DNA from: a virus
Reading direction: 5' to 3' (one strand)
DNA: 64,000 bases
IMG/VR virus record: IMGVR_UViG_2921643360_000001
Span: 1 to 64,000 of that record
Shown: piece after piece, positions 34,388 to 43,539 of the stretch
Position numbering within the stretch: position 1 is the first letter of the stretch
Layout: each line of letters begins with the position of its first letter
The notes under the pieces: model-generated
Told to the model about the DNA's origin: nothing
Databases searched by the model: none
Seen by the model: the letters and a program-made list of their open reading frames with translations, nothing else
Translations under genes and position numbers: made by a program

Positions 34388-35839
34388 ATGCTGAAGACAC
34401 TCCAGAAGTCGCTGCCGCAGGACAAGGACTTCCCGGAGCGCACATTCCGCGTCCAGATGCTGCAGCGCGTGCTGAACGGCACGCTATACGACGAACTGCC
34501 GCACGCTTTCCATGAGGAAAAGACGGACGCGGATGAATATGTTCCCCTGCGTGATCGGCGCCCATGCGTCAAGACGAACCTCTGCCGCACGGTAGTGGAC
34601 GATTCGGTCGCGTTGCTGTTCGCCGAAGGCCATTTCCCTTCTGTCGAGATTGAGGGTGCTGATCGCAAGGCCGCACTCGCGAAGTTGCTCAAAGAGATTC
34701 GCCTCAATGAGGTGATGATCAATGCGGCGACGCGCGGCTCAGTCGGCTCGGTCGCGGTCCAGTTCAAGGTGCTCCAGAAGCGCGTCTTTCTGGACGTGCT
34801 GGATACGGACTATCTGACGCCGAAGTGGAATCCGGAAGCGCCCGACACGCTGCTTTCCGTGACCGAGAAGTACAAGGTCAAAGGTTCCGCTCTCGCCGAA
34901 CAGGGTTACACGATCAAAACGGACGAGTTGGGCGCATCGTTCTGGTTTCAGCGCGTGTGGGACGAAAACGCGGAAACGTGGTTCACGCCATGGAAGGTGG
35001 CTGACGAAAACCAGACGCCCGTGGTTGACAACGGCAAGACGGTCAAGCACGAATTAGGCTTCGTGCCGATCGTGTGGATTCGCAATCTACCCGGCGGTGA
35101 CGCGGTGGATGGTCTGCCGACATTTCCCAATGAGGCAATCGAGACGCAGATCGAGATCGACTATCAGCTTTCGCAGGCTGGGCGCGGGCTGAAGTACACA
35201 TCCGATCCGACGTTGCTCATCAAGGAACCGGCATTCGGCGGAGAAGGCCCGACCGTTAAGGGCGCAGCCAATGCAATCAAGGTCAGCGAGAACGGCGACG
35301 CGAAGTTGCTGGAAATCAATGGCACGGGCGCCGCTGCTGTACTCGAATACGTCAAGCATCTGCGTGAAATCGCGCTCGAGACGATGCACGGCAACCGGAC
35401 GAGTCCCGAGAAGATGGCGACGGCGCAGTCTGGCCGGGCGATGGAAATGATGCAAATGGGCCTGGTATGGCTGGCTGACCGGCTCCGCATCTCATACGGC
35501 GAGTACGCGATTCTCGAAATCGTTTCGATGATCGCAAAGGCGTCGAAGAAGTTCAAACTCACGTTCAAGAATGGCGAGAAAGTCGGCGATTTCGATCCTG
35601 CCAAAGACGCATCACTGCGCTGGCCGGCATGGCACGCACCGACCGTCTCCGATCTGCAGACGATGGCGAATACGCTGCGCACGCTTTGTGATGCCGGCCT
35701 GATGTCCCGCGAAACGGCAATCAAGGTGCTGGCTGATGCATACGACATCGAGGACGCCGCAGCAGAGAAGGCGCTCGCAGATGCCGACATGGCCGAAAGA
35801 AACGCCGACGCTCAGAAGAAGGTCGCGATCAACGAATAA
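34388..35839 (+). CDS. portal protein
   Basis: 483 aa directly after the terminase; size and position; acidic C-terminal tail. Confidence 0.7.
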   Translation: MLKTLQKSLPQDKDFPERTFRVQMLQRVLNGTLYDELPHAFHEEKTDADEYVPLRDRRPCVKTNLCRTVVDDSVALLFAEGHFPSVEIEGADRKAALAKLLKEIRLNEVMINAATRGSVGSVAVQFKVLQKRVFLDVLDTDYLTPKWNPEAPDTLLSVTEKYKVKGSALAEQGYTIKTDELGASFWFQRVWDENAETWFTPWKVADENQTPVVDNGKTVKHELGFVPIVWIRNLPGGDAVDGLPTFPNEAIETQIEIDYQLSQAGRGLKYTSDPTLLIKEPAFGGEGPTVKGAANAIKVSENGDAKLLEINGTGAAAVLEYVKHLREIALETMHGNRTSPEKMATAQSGRAMEMMQMGLVWLADRLRISYGEYAILEIVSMIAKASKKFKLTFKNGEKVGDFDPAKDASLRWPAWHAPTVSDLQTMANTLRTLCDAGLMSRETAIKVLADAYDIEDAAAEKALADADMAERNADAQKKVAINE

Positions 35840-35874
35840 CCGCATTACCCCGGCTTGATGCCGGACGTCAAACC

Positions 35875-35898
35875 AGGCCGCTCGATGCGGCCTTTTTC
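35875..35898 (+). terminator. rho-independent terminator
   Basis: AGGCCGC-TCGAT-GCGGCCT followed by TTTTT. Confidence 0.6.
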
Positions 35899-35913
35899 TT
35901 TTGTGAGGGCTAG

Positions 35914-36534
35914 ATGCCTAACCTGCTTCGCCAGTTGATGCTGCAAAACCGTCTGATGTCGCCTGAAGGTGACGATGGCGGCGGCGGTCCGCCCGCAACG
36001 CCTCCGACTACCCCGCCGATCCAGGGCAAAGAGACGTTCTCCCGCGAATACGTGCAGGAACTCCGGCAGGAAAACGCCAGTTACCGCACCCGCGCCATCG
36101 AAGCAGAACGCAAGGCTCAGGAAGCCGAGACGAAAGCGACGAAGGCTGCGGAAGAGGCTGAAGCCAGGGCAAAGAAAGCCTCGGACGATGCTGACGCGAA
36201 GGTGAGGGAGAGCCACACCGCATCCGAGCAGCGGATCATCCGCGCCGAACTCAAGGCAGAAGCCCTGAAGGCCGGCATGGTGGATCTGGACGGCCTGAAA
36301 CTGGCCGACCTGTCGAGCATCAAGATCGACGACAAGGGTGAAGTAACGGGCGCTACCGAACTGATGGCGGCGCTCAAGGAATCGAAGCCGTATCTCTTTA
36401 AGGAAGCGTCCAGCTCAAGCAGCACGCAAACGCCCCCTCCGAAAGAAAAAGCCAAGCCTTTCGACGCGCGCACCGCGACGCCGGAAGAGCGAGCAGCCAA
36501 GGCCCGCGAGATGGGCCTGCACATCAAGCAGTAA
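35914..36534 (+). CDS. head scaffolding protein (DUF4355-like)
   Basis: Pro/Gly-rich N-terminus followed by a long charged helical region. Position between portal and major capsid. Confidence 0.6.
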   Translation: MPNLLRQLMLQNRLMSPEGDDGGGGPPATPPTTPPIQGKETFSREYVQELRQENASYRTRAIEAERKAQEAETKATKAAEEAEARAKKASDDADAKVRESHTASEQRIIRAELKAEALKAGMVDLDGLKLADLSSIKIDDKGEVTGATELMAALKESKPYLFKEASSSSSTQTPPPKEKAKPFDARTATPEERAAKAREMGLHIKQ

Positions 36535-36614
36535 CCGCATTAGCAACGCCCCGTGAGTCCTGACGACGAGGGGAAGCGAAAGCAATTTCCCTTTTCCGAT
36601 AGGACTCACTCATC

Positions 36615-37976
36615 ATGGCATTGAACAATCTGCCGGCAGCGCTGCAAAGCGTTATTCAAACCGGCTTCCTTGAGCATCAATTCGGTCTCCCGCTGAAGGC
36701 CAAGCTCGGCTTCCGCGCGATCGCTGACCGCGTGCCGTTCACGGCGAACATCGGTGAAACGATCACCAAGACGCGTACCGGTCTGCTTCAGGCTGTCACC
36801 ACGCCGATGGCGCCGGCCGCAAACAGCGACATCACGTCGGGCCTCACGCCGCAGAACTACTCGATCGAGCAGTACATTCTCTCGGTCGCGCAGTACGCTG
36901 CGAACATGCAACTGAACATCGTGACGCAGAAGGTTGCGATCTCGGATCTGTTCCTGCGCAACGCATACGCGCTCGGCGAACAGGCTTTCCGCTCGGTCGA
37001 CACGATCGCCCAGCAAGCACTGTTCAACACGTACCTCGGCGGCAACACGCGCGTTCGCACGACCCTGGGTGCGCCGGCTGCGACGATCAACGTCGACGAC
37101 ATCCGCGGCTTCCAGCAAACGCTGAACAGCGCCGGTCAGGTCGTCGCTGTGTCGGGTTCGAATCCGGTCAACGTGACGGTCGGCTCGAACGTCTACTCGC
37201 TAACGGGCTTCGCTGCTGACGGCTCGAACGTGTCGACGACGCCTGGCGGTGTTTCTGGCACGCTGACGTTCTCTGGCAACGTGACGGTGGCTGACGGCAC
37301 GGCGCTCAACGCTGTCGTGTCGGCGGTCGCCCCGTACGTGATCCGTCCGAGCCTGACGTCGAACAACACGATGGCCGCGACGACTGCCGCTATCTCGGCG
37401 ACGAACGACATCAACAGCGGTCGCCTGACCATGCAGATGGTCCTGCAAGCCAAGGCCACGATGCAGGCCAACGCTGTGCCGGTCGTGGACGCAACGGGCA
37501 TGTATCACCTGTACGTCGACCCGATGCAGGCTACCGGTCTGTACGCTGACCCGGCATTCCAGCAGTTCTTCCGCGGTCAGATCACCAGCGAAGAATACCG
37601 CCAAGGCGTGATCGCCGAAATGCTCGGCGTTCGCATCGAGGAAACCAACCTCAACCCGGTGCAGACGCTGGCTGGGGTGGGCACGGTTCGCCGCGGTCTG
37701 CTGGTCGGTCAGGGCGCACTCGTCGAAGGCCAGTTCACCAACGAAGCCTACAGCGAAGCACTCGCGACGGTCGACAAGGATGAGCTGATCACCATCATCG
37801 AAGGCATCGCGCACGTGACCCGCGAACCGCTCGACGCGCTCAAGCAGGTTGTGACGCAGACGTGGTCGTACATCGGCGGCTTTGTTGTTCCGACGGATGT
37901 AACGACGAACCCCAACACGATCCCGACCGCGACGAACTCGGCGGCCAAGCGCGGCATCATGTTGGAATCGCTGTAA
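36615..37976 (+). CDS. major capsid protein
   Basis: 453 aa, follows the scaffold gene; composition typical of capsid proteins. Confidence 0.7.
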   Translation: MALNNLPAALQSVIQTGFLEHQFGLPLKAKLGFRAIADRVPFTANIGETITKTRTGLLQAVTTPMAPAANSDITSGLTPQNYSIEQYILSVAQYAANMQLNIVTQKVAISDLFLRNAYALGEQAFRSVDTIAQQALFNTYLGGNTRVRTTLGAPAATINVDDIRGFQQTLNSAGQVVAVSGSNPVNVTVGSNVYSLTGFAADGSNVSTTPGGVSGTLTFSGNVTVADGTALNAVVSAVAPYVIRPSLTSNNTMAATTAAISATNDINSGRLTMQMVLQAKATMQANAVPVVDATGMYHLYVDPMQATGLYADPAFQQFFRGQITSEEYRQGVIAEMLGVRIEETNLNPVQTLAGVGTVRRGLLVGQGALVEGQFTNEAYSEALATVDKDELITIIEGIAHVTREPLDALKQVVTQTWSYIGGFVVPTDVTTNPNTIPTATNSAAKRGIMLESL

Positions 37977-38022
37977 TTGGCGACGCGGGAGGGTTCGCCC
38001 TCCCGTTTTTCTGAGGACATGT

Positions 38023-38232
38023 ATGGCTCGCAAACCCAATGCCCTGCCCGTCGCTGACGAGGGCGAAGCCGAACAGAAACCAGTCAAGTATGTGCTGAAG
38101 CGAAACGCCGGCTTGATTCTGGATGGACGTCAGAACCTGTTTTTCCCCGCTGGCACCGTATTCGATGCTGAGAGTGACGCGCCGATGATTTCCGCGCTCT
38201 TTCAACTCGGCGAAATTCTTGAGCAACAGTAA
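38023..38232 (+). CDS. hypothetical virion protein
   Basis: 69 aa; head-module position. Confidence 0.35.
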   Translation: MARKPNALPVADEGEAEQKPVKYVLKRNAGLILDGRQNLFFPAGTVFDAESDAPMISALFQLGEILEQQ

Positions 38233-38628
38233 ATGCCATTCACACCGTACGTTTTCACGTCCGCGCAGTTGGTGGATATCCGCAGACATACCGGGTATCC
38301 AGCGTATGGCGATGGTGCTGTCGTGTTCCCGGCGCCATGGCTGCAGCGCAACTATCTGGCGCTCGAATACCGCCTGCAGCACATGAGCACGGACGAGGGA
38401 AGCGTGGTGGTGAATACGTACCTGGCGAATCTGACGACGCTGGAAAACGCCATCCCGACGACGAGCGACAACCTCGACACCGATCAGGCTGCGGTATGGA
38501 CCCACAACAAAAACGAACTTCGCGATAGAGAGGCGCTGTTCGATTCGTGGCGCCGACGCCTGTGTAACTTCCTGGGCGTGCCGCGAGGCCCTCAGTTCGG
38601 CGGGCCCTCGAATAGTCTGGTGGTTTGA
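38233..38628 (+). CDS. head-tail joining / head completion protein (by position)
   Basis: 131 aa. Confidence 0.4.
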   Translation: MPFTPYVFTSAQLVDIRRHTGYPAYGDGAVVFPAPWLQRNYLALEYRLQHMSTDEGSVVVNTYLANLTTLENAIPTTSDNLDTDQAAVWTHNKNELRDREALFDSWRRRLCNFLGVPRGPQFGGPSNSLVV

Positions 38629-39269
38629 TGGATGCAGCGAAACTGCAGGCGAAGGTCTGGAAGGGCTATAGCCTTGCCGCCAAACGCATCGGCCCCGCCT
38701 ACAACCTATTCCGCCCGATCGCCGCGATCAACCCGTTCTCAAACGGCCCAATCGCAACGCTGAACGCCTCGTTCAATGCCGAGGACATGACTTACGGCAG
38801 GCCGAACAAGTACGGCAAGCCGACGTGGTTTGCGTTGGTTGACGGATCGCAGACGCAGGTCGGCGACTACCTCAGCAACAACGATCAGACGTTCTTCATC
38901 GCGGCAATGCAACCGATCCTTCCGATTCTGGCGGTCGACTGTAATCGGACGATCAATGTTTTGAGGCCGCAGCAGCAATCCGGATTCGGCGCACAGCCTT
39001 ACGGCGGCGACACCGCTGCCGGCGAGACTGCGCTGATGACTGGCTGGCCCGCTTCAGTGCTTCAAGGCACGAAGGGCGAGAAGAATGAAGTCAATTTGCC
39101 TGGTGACGTGCGTAATCCGTGGTGGCAGATCCTGATGCCGGCATTCCCCGGCGTCGTTATCGGCACCGCGGACATTCTGACGGACGATTTGCAACGACGC
39201 TACTCCGTCTCGAGCGCTGAAGCCACAGATTTGGGGTGGCGAATCACAGCGATGCAGGCCCAGACATGA
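38625..39269 (+). CDS. virion morphogenesis protein (by position)
   Basis: 214 aa, coupled to the upstream gene. Confidence 0.4.
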   Translation: MMDAAKLQAKVWKGYSLAAKRIGPAYNLFRPIAAINPFSNGPIATLNASFNAEDMTYGRPNKYGKPTWFALVDGSQTQVGDYLSNNDQTFFIAAMQPILPILAVDCNRTINVLRPQQQSGFGAQPYGGDTAAGETALMTGWPASVLQGTKGEKNEVNLPGDVRNPWWQILMPAFPGVVIGTADILTDDLQRRYSVSSAEATDLGWRITAMQAQT

Positions 39270-39281
39270 TGGATACACGCA

Positions 39282-40133
39282 ATGGCTGATATCGGCGACG
39301 TCTACGACTCAGTTTCGGCGCTGATTGCCGGCGTGATCTACCCGAACGGCACAAGTCAGCCCCCCGTCAACGGCATTCAGACGCGCATTTATGGCGGCTG
39401 GCCCGTCAAGGCGCAACTCGATGCTGACCTCCTGGCAGGCAACGCACATATCACGGTCTACGGACGCGAATCCCGCAACACGACGCGTTATCAGACAGTC
39501 CCGCTTGACATCGCCGTCACGCCTCCGACGCTCACGCTGACGATCAACGCAAACACGGTCACGGTCGACGGCACGGTTGCGGCGGGCGTGAATACAGCCA
39601 TTCTCGCCGGCACGAAGGCGTATCTCTACCAGACCGTCGCGAACGACACGCCGAGCACGATCGCAGCGGCTCTTGCGACCCTGATCAACGCCGATTTCCC
39701 CGGCACATCGGCGACTGGTCCAGTAATCACCCTCCCTGCTACCGCGACCATTGCCGCGGCGCGCGTCGGCGGAAGCGGCTCGCAAGTCACCGAGGTTGGC
39801 CGCGTCGAGCAGGTATTTCAGATCACCATCTGGACCAACACGCCCGCCAATCGCAAGTCGATCGCTAGCCTGATCGTGCCGCAACTGATGAATAGCCGCT
39901 TTCTGACGCTGGCTGACGGCAGCGCAGCACGGATGATCCTGCAAGGCCAGCGCGACGATGACATGCCGCAGAAAGAACTGCTGTATCGCCGCGACATCAT
40001 GGCGAAGATCGAATACGCCGAGACGATCACGAACACCTCAACGACGGTTGTCGACATCGTCGAGAACATCGCTGTCGGCGTGAATGGCTACAACGGCGGC
40101 ACTTACCCGAACACGACCACCATCAACATTTGA
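39282..40133 (+). CDS. virion structural protein
   Basis: 283 aa, Thr/Ala/Val-rich, beta-rich composition. Confidence 0.45.
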   Translation: MADIGDVYDSVSALIAGVIYPNGTSQPPVNGIQTRIYGGWPVKAQLDADLLAGNAHITVYGRESRNTTRYQTVPLDIAVTPPTLTLTINANTVTVDGTVAAGVNTAILAGTKAYLYQTVANDTPSTIAAALATLINADFPGTSATGPVITLPATATIAAARVGGSGSQVTEVGRVEQVFQITIWTNTPANRKSIASLIVPQLMNSRFLTLADGSAARMILQGQRDDDMPQKELLYRRDIMAKIEYAETITNTSTTVVDIVENIAVGVNGYNGGTYPNTTTINI

Positions 40134-40140
40134 GGCGCAC

Positions 40141-40275
40141 ATGGAATTCCATCTGACCGTCGTCGAGCCATTCGGCGGCTACAAGAAAGGCGACGAAATC
40201 ACCGATCCGGAGAAAGTCGCCGAGATCCTGTCCGGCGAGAACGAGCATCACGTCGTCAAGCGCGTCGCCGAATAA
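40141..40275 (+). CDS. 44-aa hypothetical protein
   Basis: MEFHLTVVEPFGGYKKGDEITDPEKVAEILSGENEHHVVKRVAE. Confidence 0.3.
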   Translation: MEFHLTVVEPFGGYKKGDEITDPEKVAEILSGENEHHVVKRVAE

Positions 40276-40295
40276 ATCCCCTCCCCGCTTCGCCC

Positions 40296-40326
40296 GAAGG
40301 CCTGCCATTGCGCGGGCCTTTTTTAT
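40296..40326 (+). terminator. probable rho-independent terminator
   Basis: GC-rich imperfect hairpin (GGCC...GGCC) followed by TTTTTTATT. Confidence 0.45.
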
Positions 40327-40358
40327 TGGCCTTTGGCCCAATCACTCTGTGAGAAACC

Positions 40359-40868
40359 ATGAATCAACTGACATTCGAAAATCAGCCGATGACGCTCATC
40401 GAACACGACGGGCGCCTGTGGTTGAAGTCTGCCGATATAGCCAGGGCACTCGGATATGCGCGGACAGACAAACTGACGCGCGTCTATGACCGGCATGAAT
40501 CGGAATTTACCGGTTCGATGACGTGTGTTGTCGAGACCCCCACTTTGGGGTTCCCGAACCTGACGTCAGAAACCCGCATGTTCAGCCTCCGCGGCGCTCA
40601 TTTGCTTGGCATGTTTGCGCGCACGGCGAACGGCATGAAGTTCCGCAAGTGGGTGCTAGACCAACTTGACGCGATTGAGGAGCAGCGCGTCGCCAATCGC
40701 TCGCTGATGTCGGAGTGGTACGACGCGAAAGCCGCGCTCGACAACCAGAACAGGTTTGCAAGTCTGTGCGGTCGCGGTCTGAATGACCACAAACGGCAAA
40801 AGCCGCCGCTTATGCAGCGAATAGCGCTGATCGCAGAAAAGATACAGCCCTCCCTCTCGTTTTCTTAG
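40359..40868 (+). CDS. Bro-N domain antirepressor-like protein
   Basis: N-terminal Bro-N signature (QLTFENQPMTLIEHDGRLWLKSADIARALGY). Confidence 0.7.
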   Translation: MNQLTFENQPMTLIEHDGRLWLKSADIARALGYARTDKLTRVYDRHESEFTGSMTCVVETPTLGFPNLTSETRMFSLRGAHLLGMFARTANGMKFRKWVLDQLDAIEEQRVANRSLMSEWYDAKAALDNQNRFASLCGRGLNDHKRQKPPLMQRIALIAEKIQPSLSFS

Positions 40869-40893
40869 CCCGCTTCGGCGGGCTTTTTCTTTT
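40867..40893 (+). terminator. rho-independent terminator
   Basis: AGCCCGC-TTCG-GCGGGCT followed by TTTTTCTTTT. Confidence 0.7.
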
Positions 40894-40905
40894 GGAGCCC
40901 CCACG

Positions 40906-42432
40906 ATGACCCAAATTGTCCAATACGGACAGGTCAACACGACAGCGCTGATCGTTCCAGACCTGATCGTGCAGATCATTGCGCCCCAGGTCGCACAGCT
41001 TAACGGCGTGCCCACGAACGTAGCCGGTTTTGTTGGCACGGCGACGTGGGGCCCGGTTAATTCGCCGACCATCGTCGGCAGCATGGCGGATTACGCGCGC
41101 AACTTCGGCGCAATCCAGAACCGCCTGTACGACATGGGCACGGCAGTCGCTGCCGCTGTCCTGCAAGGCGCGAACAACTTCCGCTGTGTCCGCGTGACGG
41201 ACGGCACGGATACGGCTGCTTCGATCCTGGTTCAGTCGACCTGCATCACGTTCACATCGAAGTACACGGGCACGCTCGGTAACTCGACGCAAGTGCAGAT
41301 TGCCACCGGGTCCGCAGCGAACACCTTCAAAGCGATCGTTTCGATGCCCGGTCAAACGCCGGAAGTGTTCGACAACATCGGCGGTACGGCTAACGCGCTG
41401 TGGGTCAACATGGCTGCAGCGATCAACGGCGGCCAGGTCGGTGCGCGCGGCCCCTCGCAACTGATCGTTGCAACCGCTGGCGCAGGCACGACGGCGCCGA
41501 CGCCTGCGACCTACACGCTGGCAAGCGGTACGGATGGCGCAACCACGATCACGGGCTCGGTTCTCATCGGCCAGGACACGCTTCCTCGCAAGGGCATGTA
41601 CGCACTTCGCGGCACGGGCGCATCGGTTGCCGCTCTCGTCGACTGCTCGGACACGACGACGTTCTCAACGCAGGTCTCGTATGGCCTGTCCGAGGGCACG
41701 TACATGATCGGCGTCTCGCCGGTTGGCGACACGATCACCAACGCCGTGACGGTCAAGGCAACGGCCGGCATCGATTCGTATGCGTTCAAGTACATGTTCG
41801 GCGACTGGGTCTACTTCCTCGATCCCGTTAATGGCGGCACGCGACTGATCTCGCCGCAGGGTTACGTGGTCGGCGTGCTGGCGAACCTCGCTCCGCAAAA
41901 CTCGTCGTTGAACAAGCAACTGTATGGCGTGGTCGGCACGCAGAAGTCGTATCAGAACCAGCAGTACTCGAGCGCGGAGCTTCAAACGCTGGCTCAGGCC
42001 GGTATCGACGTCATCACGAACCCGATCCCAGCTGGCAATCAGTTCGGCTGCCGCATCGGTCACAACAGTTCGTCGGACAGCACCCGCAACGGCGACAACT
42101 ACACGCGGATGACCAATTACCTCGCGGCCACGACGGCGCAGGGCATGGGCATCTACGACGGGCGCCTGCAATCGGTGCAGCCGACCGATCCGCTGCGTCG
42201 TGCAGTCAAGGCCACGCTGGACAACTTCTATCTGAACCTGCAGCAGCAAGGCCAGATCGACGACTTCACGGTCCAGTGCGACCTGAACAACAACCCGGCA
42301 TCGCGCATCGCGCTTGGCTACCTGCAAGCCGATGTCCGCGTGCGCTACCTAGCTGTCGCCGAAAAGATCCTGATCAACCAGGAAGGCGGCCAGTCCGTGA
42401 CGATCTCGCGCCAGCAAGTCGCTTCGTTCTAA
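40906..42432 (+). CDS. contractile tail sheath protein
   Basis: 508 aa; size and position before the tube gene; myovirus tail module. Confidence 0.75.
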   Translation: MTQIVQYGQVNTTALIVPDLIVQIIAPQVAQLNGVPTNVAGFVGTATWGPVNSPTIVGSMADYARNFGAIQNRLYDMGTAVAAAVLQGANNFRCVRVTDGTDTAASILVQSTCITFTSKYTGTLGNSTQVQIATGSAANTFKAIVSMPGQTPEVFDNIGGTANALWVNMAAAINGGQVGARGPSQLIVATAGAGTTAPTPATYTLASGTDGATTITGSVLIGQDTLPRKGMYALRGTGASVAALVDCSDTTTFSTQVSYGLSEGTYMIGVSPVGDTITNAVTVKATAGIDSYAFKYMFGDWVYFLDPVNGGTRLISPQGYVVGVLANLAPQNSSLNKQLYGVVGTQKSYQNQQYSSAELQTLAQAGIDVITNPIPAGNQFGCRIGHNSSSDSTRNGDNYTRMTNYLAATTAQGMGIYDGRLQSVQPTDPLRRAVKATLDNFYLNLQQQGQIDDFTVQCDLNNNPASRIALGYLQADVRVRYLAVAEKILINQEGGQSVTISRQQVASF

Positions 42433-42444
42433 CCTGGAGAAAAC

Positions 42445-42876
42445 ATGGCAATCGGCCCTTTCAATACCGGGCGGGACGTAGTGCTTGACGTGACGACCCC
42501 GACCGGCCCGCTGCGCCTACCCACGACGACCACGTCATGGGAAGCCAAGCCGAAGTACAAGGAAATCGAGTCGGTCTCGATCAGTGGCGAGAACAACCAC
42601 GCGTCTATTCCTATCGGCTGGACCGGGACTATCGGTCTGGACCGCACGGATAACTCGGTGGATGCTTTCTTCGCCACGCTTGAGGCGAACTACTACGCCG
42701 GCATCAACATCGGCTACGCGACGATCACCGAGACGATCTCGGAAGGCAATGGCTCGGTGAGCCAGTACCGCTACACGAAAGTGTCGCTGCGCCTCGAGGA
42801 GCACGGCAAGTTCGTCGGTGATGACCGCGTGCAAGTGACGATCGGCTTCTCGGCGTCGCGTCGCGTCCCGCTGTAA
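42445..42876 (+). CDS. tail tube protein
   Basis: 143 aa directly after the sheath gene. Confidence 0.65.
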   Translation: MAIGPFNTGRDVVLDVTTPTGPLRLPTTTTSWEAKPKYKEIESVSISGENNHASIPIGWTGTIGLDRTDNSVDAFFATLEANYYAGINIGYATITETISEGNGSVSQYRYTKVSLRLEEHGKFVGDDRVQVTIGFSASRRVPL

Positions 42877-42976
42877 TGCTTCAAAGACCGCAGATAGGCC
42901 GGCCAGCCGACAAGCACGCTTCCCGGGCGTGTTTCTGTGGTCCCCGCACCCGGGTATCTGCGGGAGATATCCCTAA

Positions 42977-43342
42977 ATGACGAAGAAACCAACGCTGGAA
43001 CTGAATGCGGCAACGGTCGAGCAGCCCGCTCCGATCGCCGACAATCTAATCACCGACGCAAAAGGTCGCGTGCTGAAGGTGGTCGAGCCTGACATCCTGG
43101 CGGAAAGCCGACTGATGCGCCTGGTCGGCCCCGAAGCGGCGCTGAATCCGGCCTACATGCGTCTGTACGTGCTGCCGGCCGTCTCGGTAGTCGAGATCGA
43201 CGGCGAGGAAATGCCGTTTCCGATGAGCCAGCGTGAAGTCGACGCGGCAATCAAGCGACTCGATCACGATGGCATCAACGCTGTCATCCAGTATCAGGCG
43301 AAAAAGCGCAAGGACGAAGAAGACGCGGCAGTAAAAAACTAG
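42977..43342 (+). CDS. tail assembly chaperone (gpG-like)
   Basis: 121 aa. The slippery heptamer A_AAA_AAC sits immediately before its stop. Confidence 0.65.
   Translation: MTKKPTLELNAATVEQPAPIADNLITDAKGRVLKVVEPDILAESRLMRLVGPEAALNPAYMRLYVLPAVSVVEIDGEEMPFPMSQREVDAAIKRLDHDGINAVIQYQAKKRKDEEDAAVKN
43333..43339 (+). other. programmed -1 ribosomal frameshift site (A_AAA_AAC)
   Basis: After a -1 slip, reading continues as L-A-R-N-P-A-F-Q-E-A-C-W-L-M-K-N-G... without a stop until 43539. This is the frame of the listed ORF 43378..43539. Confidence 0.6.
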
Positions 43343-43539
43343 CGCGGAACCCTGCTTTTCAGGAAGCCTGCTGGCTGATGAAGAATGGGGTTCCGTTTCA
43401 TAGCGCGTTCGGCATGCCGGCGTCGCGTGACTGGCGGATCGACAAGATCGAGCGTCGCGCGATGGCAATCACGTTCTCGTGCTTTAACGGTGCGGAATAC
43501 GACTGGGAAGCGATGCGCTTCAAGGATCCGCCGAGATGA
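43339..43539 (+). CDS. -1 frame extension giving the gpGT-type fusion chaperone
   Basis: Open from 43339 to the TGA at 43537-43539 in the -1 frame relative to gpG. Conserved G/GT arrangement upstream of the tape measure. Confidence 0.55.
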   Translation, partial: LARNPAFQEACWLMKNGVPFHSAFGMPASRDWRIDKIERRAMAITFSCFNGAEYDWEAMRFKDPPR

